This document shows positions 1 through 4,869 of a stretch of DNA of 4,869 bases, piece by piece (the first letter of the stretch is position 1; each line of letters starts with the position of its first letter). Under the pieces are notes generated by a model that worked only from the letters and a program-made list of their open reading frames with translations, was not told the DNA's origin and made no database searches. Origin of the DNA: a virus (Duplodnaviria > Heunggongvirae > Uroviricota > Caudoviricetes). The translations under genes were made by a program, and so were the position numbers. Location of the stretch: the IMG/VR virus record IMGVR_UViG_3300018486_000082. The stretch is one strand, 5' to 3'.

Positions 1-1
1 C

Positions 2-1429
2 CGGGCAGATGATCTGGTGCGCAATAACGGAATAGCGGCTAATGCGGTGGCCCTGCATAAGGATCACATTGTCGGGCATATGTTTCTGATCAGCTACCGT
101 CCGAACTGGCGCTGGCTGGGGATGCGGGAGACCGCAGCAAAAAGCTTTGTCGATGAGGTGGAGGCGGCCTGGTCGGAATACGCAGAAGGGATGTCTGGCG
201 AGATCGACGTGGAAGGAAAACGCACATTTACGGAGTTTATCCGTGAAGGTGTTGGCGTTCATGCGTTTAACGGCGAAATCTTTGTGCAGCCGGTCTGGGA
301 TACGGAAACCACGCAGTTATTCCGTACGCGTTTTAAAGCTGTGAGTCCGAAACGGGTGGACACGCCTGGACACGGTATGGGGAACCGTTTTCTGCGGGCC
401 GGTGTGGAGGTCGATCGATATGGCCGTGCCGTCGCGTACCATATCTGTGAGGATGATTTTCCGTTCTCTGGGAGTGGACGATGGGAACGGATCCCGCGTG
501 AACTTCCCACCGGGCGTCCGGCCATGCTGCATATTTTCGAGCCGGTGGAGGACGGGCAGACCCGTGGGGCCAATCAGTTTTACAGCGTCATGGAACGGCT
601 GAAGATGCTCGATTCCCTGCAGGCAACACAGCTTCAGTCGGCCATAGTGAAGGCGATGTATGCAGCGACGATTGAAAGTGACCTTGATACCGAAAAGGCC
701 TTTGAATATATCGCCGGTGCGCCGCAGGGGCAGAAGGATAATCCGCTTATTAATATTCTGGATAAGTTCTCCACCTGGTATGACACGAATAGCGTGACGC
801 TGGGCGGTGTCAAAATTCCGCACCTTTTCCCTGGTGATGATCTGAAACTACAGACTGCGCAGGATTCAGACAATGGATTTTCTGCGCTTGAACAGGCGCT
901 GCTGCGGTATATCGCCGCCGGTCTTGGCGTTTCCTACGAACAGTTGTCCCGTGATTACTCGAAGGTCAGTTATTCAAGTGCCCGCGCATCCGCCAATGAG
1001 TCGTGGCGCTATTTTATGGGGCGGCGAAAATTTATTGCGGCCCGGCTGGCCACGCAGATGTTTTCCTGCTGGCTGGAAGAGGCACTTCTTCGGGGGATTA
1101 TTCGTCCGCCACGGGCACGTTTTGATTTTTATCAGGCGCGATCAGCCTGGTCACGGGCAGAGTGGATTGGTGCCGGAAGAATGGCCATTGACGGGCTCAA
1201 GGAAGTCCAGGAATCAGTGATGCGCATTGAGGCCGGACTGAGCACGTATGAGAAAGAGCTGGCGCTGATGGGCGAGGATTATCAGGACATTTTCCGCCAG
1301 CAGGTCAGGGAATCTGCAGAGCGGGAAAAAGCCGGACTCTCACGTCCGGTGTGGATAGCGCAGGCGTATCAGCAGCAGATAGCGGAGAGTCGCAGGCCGG
1401 AAGAGGAGACAACACCCCGTGAGACGTAA
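2..1429 (+). CDS. B: Portal protein (lambda gpB-like), 5'-partial; the reading frame is open to the window edge so the true start lies upstream
   Basis: Frame is open from nt 2 (RADDLVRNNG...) with no stop, so the ATG at 17 in the ORF track is probably internal. About 475 codons present, consistent with a portal of roughly 530 aa. Sits immediately upstream of, and overlaps, the head protease gene, as in lambda B-C. Stop TAA at 1427-1429. Assignment rests mainly on synteny and size; I cannot align it to gpB from memory. Confidence 0.78.
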   Translation, partial: RADDLVRNNGIAANAVALHKDHIVGHMFLISYRPNWRWLGMRETAAKSFVDEVEAAWSEYAEGMSGEIDVEGKRTFTEFIREGVGVHAFNGEIFVQPVWDTETTQLFRTRFKAVSPKRVDTPGHGMGNRFLRAGVEVDRYGRAVAYHICEDDFPFSGSGRWERIPRELPTGRPAMLHIFEPVEDGQTRGANQFYSVMERLKMLDSLQATQLQSAIVKAMYAATIESDLDTEKAFEYIAGAPQGQKDNPLINILDKFSTWYDTNSVTLGGVKIPHLFPGDDLKLQTAQDSDNGFSALEQALLRYIAAGLGVSYEQLSRDYSKVSYSSARASANESWRYFMGRRKFIAARLATQMFSCWLEEALLRGIIRPPRARFDFYQARSAWSRAEWIGAGRMAIDGLKEVQESVMRIEAGLSTYEKELALMGEDYQDIFRQQVRESAEREKAGLSRPVWIAQAYQQQIAESRRPEEETTPRET

Positions 1430-2924
1430 TCTTTCACACATTATTGCCGCAGCATTCAATGAACCGCTGCTTCTGGAGCCCGCCTATGCGCGGGTTTTCT
1501 TTTGCGCGCTCGGGCGCGAGATGGGGGCAGCAAGTCTTTCGGTACCACAACAGCAGGTACAGCTTGATGCTCCCGGAATGCTGGCTGAAACGGACGAGTA
1601 CATGGCCGGAGGTAAACGACCGGCCCGTGTTTACCGGGTGGTGAACGGTATTGCGGTACTGCCGGTGACCGGCACGCTGGTGCACCGGCTGGGGGGGATG
1701 CGGCCATTTTCCGGAATGACTGGCTATGACGGCATTGTCGCCTGTCTTCAGCAGGCAATGGCAGATAGCCAGGTGCGGGGCATACTGCTGGACATTGACA
1801 GTCCGGGCGGGCAGGCCGCCGGCGCGTTTGACTGCGCTGACATGATTTACCGCCTCCGTCAGCAGAAGCCGGTCTGGGCACTGTGCAATGACACGGCCTG
1901 TTCTGCAGCCATGCTGCTGGCGTCGGCCTGCTCCCGACGGCTGGTTACCCAGACATCCCGTATCGGCTCCATTGGCGTGATGATGAGCCATGTCAGCTAT
2001 GCCGGTCATCTGGCGCAGGCCGGTGTGGATATCACGCTGATTTACTCAGGGACGCACAAGGTGGATGGCAATCAGTTTGAAGCCTTACCGGCAGAGGTTC
2101 GCCAGGACATGCAGCAGCGCATTGATGCGGCGCGCCGGATGTTTGCCGAAAAAGTGGCGATGTTTACCGGTCTGTCTGTTGATGCCGTCACGGGAACAGA
2201 GGCCGCCGTTTTTGAAGGTCAGTCCGGCATTGATGCCGGGCTGGCGGATGAATTAGTCAATGCGTCGGATGCCATCAGTGTGATGGCCACGGCGCTGAAC
2301 AGTAATGTCAGAGGAGGCACTATGCCGCAATTAACTGCAACGGAAGCCGCCGCGCAGGAGAACCAGCGAGTGATGGGGATCCTGACATGCCAGGAAGCGA
2401 AAGGACGTGAACAGCTTGCCACGATGCTGGCAGGACAACAGGGCATGAGCGTTGCACAGGCCCGGGCGATTCTGGCCGCGGCGGCACCGCAGCAGCCGGT
2501 GGCATCCACGCAGAGTGAAGCCGATCGCATTATGGCGTGTGAAGAAGCGAACGGTCGTGAACAACTGGCGGCAACGCTGGCGGCGATGCCGGAGATGACG
2601 GTGGAAAAAGCCCGCCCGATCCTGGCTGCTTCACCGCAGGCGGATGCCGGACCCTCACTCCGTGATCAGATCATGGCACTGGATGAGGCAAAAGGGGCTG
2701 AGGCGCAGGCTGAACAGCTGGCTGCCTGCCCGGGAATGACTGTGGAGAGCGCCCGGGCTGTGCTGGCTGCGGGATCAGGTAAGGCAGAACCGGTCTCTGC
2801 ATCCACAACCGCCCTGTTTGAACGCATCATGGCGAACCATTCACCGGCAGCGGTACAGGGTGGCGTGCCACAGACGTCAGCAGACGGTGATGCGGACGTG
2901 AAAATGCTCATGGCTATGCCATGA
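1419..2924 (+). CDS. C: Head maturation protease (S49/SppA-ClpP superfamily, lambda gpC-like) fused in frame to a C-terminal scaffold domain
   Basis: GTG start at 1419 preceded by GAGGAG (1403-1408, 10-nt spacer); overlaps the portal stop by 11 nt. N-terminus MRRNLSHIIAAAFNEPLLLEPAYARVFFCAL closely resembles recalled lambda gpC (..NLPHIASMAFNEPLMLEPAYARVFFCAL..). Conserved S49 core: NGIAVLPVTGTL, LLDIDSPGG, GAFDCADMI, KPVWALCNDTACSAAMLLASACSRRLVTQTSRIGSIGVMMSH, LIYSGTHKVDGN, GLADELVN. 501 aa; stop TGA 2922-2924. Confidence 0.9.
   Translation: MRRNLSHIIAAAFNEPLLLEPAYARVFFCALGREMGAASLSVPQQQVQLDAPGMLAETDEYMAGGKRPARVYRVVNGIAVLPVTGTLVHRLGGMRPFSGMTGYDGIVACLQQAMADSQVRGILLDIDSPGGQAAGAFDCADMIYRLRQQKPVWALCNDTACSAAMLLASACSRRLVTQTSRIGSIGVMMSHVSYAGHLAQAGVDITLIYSGTHKVDGNQFEALPAEVRQDMQQRIDAARRMFAEKVAMFTGLSVDAVTGTEAAVFEGQSGIDAGLADELVNASDAISVMATALNSNVRGGTMPQLTATEAAAQENQRVMGILTCQEAKGREQLATMLAGQQGMSVAQARAILAAAAPQQPVASTQSEADRIMACEEANGREQLAATLAAMPEMTVEKARPILAASPQADAGPSLRDQIMALDEAKGAEAQAEQLAACPGMTVESARAVLAAGSGKAEPVSASTTALFERIMANHSPAAVQGGVPQTSADGDADVKMLMAMP
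2322..2924 (+). CDS. nu3: Scaffolding protein (lambda gpNu3-like) from an internal in-frame start within the protease gene
   Basis: ATG at 2322 is in frame with the protease ORF ((2322-1419)/3 = 301) and is preceded by a near-consensus Shine-Dalgarno GAGGAGG (2311-2317) with a 4-nt spacer. Lambda Nu3 is likewise the in-frame C-terminal portion of C. The 200-aa product is Ala/Gln/Glu-rich and carries the RIMGIL..EEA.GREQ..PGMTV..AR.ILAA motif recalled from lambda Nu3. Separate expression is inferred, not shown. Confidence 0.6.
   Translation: MPQLTATEAAAQENQRVMGILTCQEAKGREQLATMLAGQQGMSVAQARAILAAAAPQQPVASTQSEADRIMACEEANGREQLAATLAAMPEMTVEKARPILAASPQADAGPSLRDQIMALDEAKGAEAQAEQLAACPGMTVESARAVLAAGSGKAEPVSASTTALFERIMANHSPAAVQGGVPQTSADGDADVKMLMAMP
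2367..2822 (+). repeat. Three tandem in-frame coding repeats (~47-53 codons each) inside the scaffold domain
   Basis: Protein-level repeats: R1 RVMGILTCQEAKGREQLATMLAGQQGMSVAQARAILAAAAPQQPVASTQSEAD (nt 2367-2525); R2 RIMACEEANGREQLAATLAAMPEMTVEKARPILAASPQADAGPSLRD (2526-2666); R3 QIMALDEAKGAEAQAEQLAACPGMTVESARAVLAAGSGKAEPVSASTTALFE (2667-2822); a fourth partial unit begins RIMANH at 2823. Shared motif I-M/L-x-x-x-E-A-x-G-x-E-Q-L-A...P-x-M-T/S-V-E-x-A-R-x-I/V-L-A-A. Nucleotide similarity between units is only moderate, so the duplication looks old. Confidence 0.7.
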
Positions 2925-2960
2925 AGTCAGTGCTGACCATCAACAGGAGGTTTTTACAAT

Positions 2961-3308
2961 ATGGTAACGAAAACCATCACTGAACAGCGTGCGGAAGTAC
3001 GTATTTTTGCCGGTAATGATCCGGCTCATACCGCCACAGGCAGCAGCGGGATTTCCTCGGCAACACCGGCACTGACGCCCCTGATGCTGGATGAAGCTAC
3101 CGGGAAACTGGTGGTCTGGGACGGACAGAAAGCCGGTAGTGCGGTTGGCATACTGGTACTGCCGCTTGAAGGCACAGAGACGGTACTGACGTATTACAAG
3201 TCGGGGACCTTTGCGACGGAGGCAATCCGCTGGCCTGAAAGTGTGGATGAACACAAAAAGGCAAATGCCTTTGCCGGCAGTGCCCTGAGTCACGCGGCGC
3301 TGCCGTAA
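2961..3308 (+). CDS. D: Head decoration protein (lambda gpD-like capsid stabilisation protein)
   Basis: ATG 2961 preceded by AGGAGG (2944-2949). 115 aa versus roughly 110 aa for lambda gpD. Motifs match recalled gpD: DPAHTAT, TPLMLD, KLVVWDG, AVGIL, YKSGTF, WPE, AFAG. Lies between the protease/scaffold and major capsid genes as in lambda. Stop TAA 3306-3308. Confidence 0.9.
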   Translation: MVTKTITEQRAEVRIFAGNDPAHTATGSSGISSATPALTPLMLDEATGKLVVWDGQKAGSAVGILVLPLEGTETVLTYYKSGTFATEAIRWPESVDEHKKANAFAGSALSHAALP

Positions 3309-3315
3309 CACGTTA

Positions 3316-3337
3316 TCAGGCCACCGCGGTGGCCTGA
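3316..3337. promoter_or_regulatory. Perfect 22-bp palindrome / GC-rich hairpin in the D-E intergenic region
   Basis: TCAGGCCACCGCGGTGGCCTGA is its own reverse complement (9-bp stem, 4-nt loop as RNA). Starts 8 nt after the D stop and ends 28 nt before the E start. Followed only by a short TTT, so not a canonical strong intrinsic terminator. Function unknown. Confidence 0.35.
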
Positions 3338-3365
3338 CTGATTTCTGAATGAAAGGAACTGATTT

Positions 3366-4394
3366 ATGGGATTGTTTACGACCCGCCAGTTACTCGGTTA
3401 TACCGAACAAAAAGTTAAATTTCGTGCGCTGTTTCTGGAGCTGTTTTTCCGCCGTACGGTGAATTTCCATACCGAAGAGGTGATGCTGGACAAAATTACC
3501 GGAAAAACGCCGGTGGCGGCCTATGTCTCCCCGGTTGTTGAAGGAAAAGTGCTGCGTCATCGTGGTGGTGAAACCCGCGTGTTACGTCCGGGCTACGTCA
3601 AGCCGAAACACGAATTTAATTACCAGCAGGCGGTTGAGCGCCTTCCTGGTGAAGATCCGGCTCAACTGAACGATCCGGCTTACCGCCGTCTGCGTATCAT
3701 TACCGATAACCTCAAACAGGAAGAGCACGCGATTGTCCAGGTGGAAGAAATACAGGCGGTAAATGCTGTGTTGTATGGCAAATATACGATGGAAGGAGAC
3801 CAGTTCGAGAAAATTGAGGTCGATTTTGGCAGGTCGACGAAGAATAACATCACTCAGGGTAGTGGTAAGGAGTGGTCAAAACAGGATCGTGACACGTTCG
3901 ATCCTACACATGATCTTGACCTCTACTGCGACCAGGCCAGCGGTCTTGTGAATATTGCCATTATGGACGGTACCGTCTGGCGTCTTCTGAATGGTTTTAA
4001 GCTGTTCCGCGAAAAACTGGATACCCGTCGCGGTTCAAATTCTCAACTCGAAACGGCAGTGAAAGATCTGGGCGCAGTGGTGTCCTTCAAGGGGTATTAC
4101 GGCGATCTGGCCATTGTGGTGGCGAAAACGTCTTATATAGCAGAAGACGGTATCGAAAAACGTTATCTGCCGGAGGGCATGCTGGTTCTGGGGAATACTG
4201 CTGCAGATGGGATCCGTTGTTACGGTGCCATTCAGGATGCGCAGGCGTTGTCCGAAGGTGTGGTGGCTTCTTCCCGTTACCCGAAACACTGGCTGACCGT
4301 GGGCGATCCGGCCCGTGAATTTACCATGACGCAGTCCGCACCGCTGATGGTGCTGCCGGATCCGGATGAGTTTGTGGTGGTGCAGGTGAAATAA
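3366..4394 (+). CDS. E: Major capsid protein (lambda gpE-like)
   Basis: ATG 3366 preceded by AAAGGA (3351-3356). 342 aa versus roughly 341 aa for lambda gpE. Extensive matches to recalled gpE: TT.QLL, YVSP, PGYVKPKHE, DPAYRR.RII, QVEE.QAV.AVL.GKYTM, NNITQ, EWSK, EKLDTRRGSNS.LETAVKDLG, GDPAREFTM.QSAPLM, DPDEFV.VQ. Stop TAA 4392-4394. Confidence 0.93.
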   Translation: MGLFTTRQLLGYTEQKVKFRALFLELFFRRTVNFHTEEVMLDKITGKTPVAAYVSPVVEGKVLRHRGGETRVLRPGYVKPKHEFNYQQAVERLPGEDPAQLNDPAYRRLRIITDNLKQEEHAIVQVEEIQAVNAVLYGKYTMEGDQFEKIEVDFGRSTKNNITQGSGKEWSKQDRDTFDPTHDLDLYCDQASGLVNIAIMDGTVWRLLNGFKLFREKLDTRRGSNSQLETAVKDLGAVVSFKGYYGDLAIVVAKTSYIAEDGIEKRYLPEGMLVLGNTAADGIRCYGAIQDAQALSEGVVASSRYPKHWLTVGDPAREFTMTQSAPLMVLPDPDEFVVVQVK

Positions 4395-4402
4395 TCCGTG
4401 AG

Positions 4403-4431
4403 CGGGGGCGAAATGCCCCCGTGTCTTTTTT
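4403..4431 (+). terminator. Candidate Rho-independent (probably partial) terminator just after the major capsid gene
   Basis: Stem CGGGGGC (4403-4409), loop GAAAT (4410-4414), stem GCCCCCG (4415-4421); then TGTC and a TTTTTT run (4426-4431). The 7-bp all-GC stem plus T6 is terminator-like, but the 4-nt gap before the T-run is non-ideal. The next gene's SD lies immediately downstream, so read-through must occur if that gene is expressed from the same transcript. Confidence 0.5.
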
Positions 4432-4445
4432 CACAGGGGGCTGAT

Positions 4446-4829
4446 ATGGCAACAAAAGAAGAAAATCAGAAACGTCTTCGTCAACTGGCTGGCCTGCTGG
4501 GGCGCGAGGCGGATATGTCGGGGAGTGCTGCGGATATTGCGCAACGTGTGTCTGAGTGGGAAGAGGAGCTTGCTGCTTCCCGGGAGGGCATTATGCCTGG
4601 TGATGAGAGCGGGCCTGAGCAAAATCACACAGACGATGGTGAGCAGTTGCACAACACTGATGCTACGGATGATGTTAAAGCGGTCCGTGTGCGGAAATGC
4701 CTGCATGTGATGGGGTATTGCCCGGAGACAGGCCGTCCCGTTGAACTGACGTACCGGGGCATGCGTGTTCTGGTGCCGTCACCACTGGCGACAGCCATGA
4801 TACAGCACGGAACGGCTGAGCATGCGTGA
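4446..4829 (+). CDS. FI: DNA-packaging / head-completion protein, lambda gpFI-like (tentative)
   Basis: ATG 4446 preceded by AGGGGG (4435-4440, 5-nt spacer); 127 aa versus roughly 132 aa for lambda gpFI. Position directly after the major capsid gene matches lambda E-FI. Charged helical N-terminus (KEENQKRLRQLAGLL...AQRVSEWEEELAA), acidic linker and a small C-terminal domain resemble gpFI architecture as I recall it. The ORF track's upstream GTG at 4398 would translate through the terminator hairpin and lacks an SD, so I prefer 4446. Stop TGA 4827-4829. Confidence 0.55.
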   Translation: MATKEENQKRLRQLAGLLGREADMSGSAADIAQRVSEWEEELAASREGIMPGDESGPEQNHTDDGEQLHNTDATDDVKAVRVRKCLHVMGYCPETGRPVELTYRGMRVLVPSPLATAMIQHGTAEHA

Positions 4830-4841
4830 TTTTCAGAATGC

Positions 4842-4869
4842 AGATCGGAAGAGCGTCGTGTAGGGAAAG
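4842..4869. other. Illumina TruSeq adapter sequence (library artefact) at the 3' end of the window
   Basis: AGATCGGAAGAGCGTCGTGTAGGGAAAG is an exact 28/28 match to the start of the standard adapter read-through sequence AGATCGGAAGAGCGTCGTGTAGGGAAAGAGTGT (reverse complement of the TruSeq universal adapter 3' end). Not biological sequence. Confidence 0.85.

Noticed and set aside
259-873. Minus-strand ORFs 259..573 (104 aa), 317..823 (168 aa), 634..873 (79 aa) and plus-strand alternative-frame ORFs 147..344, 402..602, 873..1220
   Set aside because: All lie entirely inside the portal coding region, whose frame is continuous and well supported by synteny. Their translations are Arg/Ser/Pro/Cys-rich low-complexity strings typical of off-frame reads of GC-rich coding DNA, with no SD-start context.
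1434-2009. Minus-strand ORFs 1434..2009 (191 aa) and 1456..1881 (141 aa), and plus-strand ORFs 1444..1644 and 2065..2256
   Set aside because: Embedded in or antisense to the highly conserved S49 protease core; the translations look like off-frame artefacts (Arg/Pro/Ala/Cys-rich). No evidence for overlapping genes.
2219-2911. Minus-strand ORFs 2219..2530, 2320..2505, 2331..2564 and 2666..2911 antisense to the scaffold repeat region
   Set aside because: The GCN/GCC-rich Ala/Gln repeats on the sense strand mechanically produce long open antisense frames; no start context or recognisable protein features.
2926-2937. Short inverted repeat GTCAG-TG-CTGAC just after the protease/scaffold stop codon
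   Set aside because: Only a 5-bp stem with a 2-nt loop, too small to form a stable hairpin, and no T-run follows; likely chance.
2940-3311. Minus-strand ORF 2940..3311 (123 aa) exactly antisense to the decoration protein gene
   Set aside because: The sense-strand product matches lambda gpD closely with a proper SD; the antisense ORF is Cys/Arg-rich and almost certainly spurious.
3763-4289. Plus-strand ORF 3763..3951 and minus-strand ORF 4035..4289 inside the major capsid gene
   Set aside because: Internal to a near-full-length gpE-like capsid gene; no independent support.
4431-4710. Minus-strand ORF 4431..4706 (91 aa) and plus-strand ORF 4525..4710 inside the FI-like gene
   Set aside because: Antisense or off-frame to the better-supported FI-like ORF; low-complexity translation.
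4838-4869. Possible start (ATG 4838) of a downstream FII-like gene
   Set aside because: Only 4 nt lie between this ATG and the adapter sequence, so any reading frame here runs into artefactual sequence and cannot be assessed.
1-4869. Possibility of a novel defence, toxin or other accessory system in this window
   Set aside because: Every sizeable ORF is accounted for by a conserved lambda-type head gene in canonical order, with short intergenic spacers and no extra cargo-sized insertions, so I find no sequence support for a hidden system.

Overview
The whole window is one co-directional (+ strand) head-morphogenesis module of a lambda-like tailed phage or prophage, most likely from an enterobacterial host (inferred from GC-rich codon usage and close resemblance to coliphage lambda head proteins as I recall them). 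Gene order matches lambda B-C/Nu3-D-E-FI: a 5'-truncated portal gene (2..1429), an S49/SppA-ClpP-type head maturation protease (1419..2924) with an in-frame nested scaffold start (2322..2924), a gpD-like decoration protein (2961..3308), a gpE-like major capsid protein (3366..4394) and a gpFI-like packaging/head-completion protein (4446..4829). I see no tRNA, rRNA, CRISPR array, integrase, transposase or defence-type gene, and I do not find an undescribed biological system here; this is a well-known module. The points worth a second look are: (1) the last 28 nt (4842..4869) exactly match the Illumina TruSeq adapter, so the 3' end is an artefact; (2) the scaffold portion of the protease carries three tandem ~47-53 aa repeats; (3) a perfect 22-bp palindrome sits between D and E; (4) a terminator-like hairpin sits between E and the FI-like gene. 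All homology statements rest on reading the translations and recalled lambda sequences; no database search was run.
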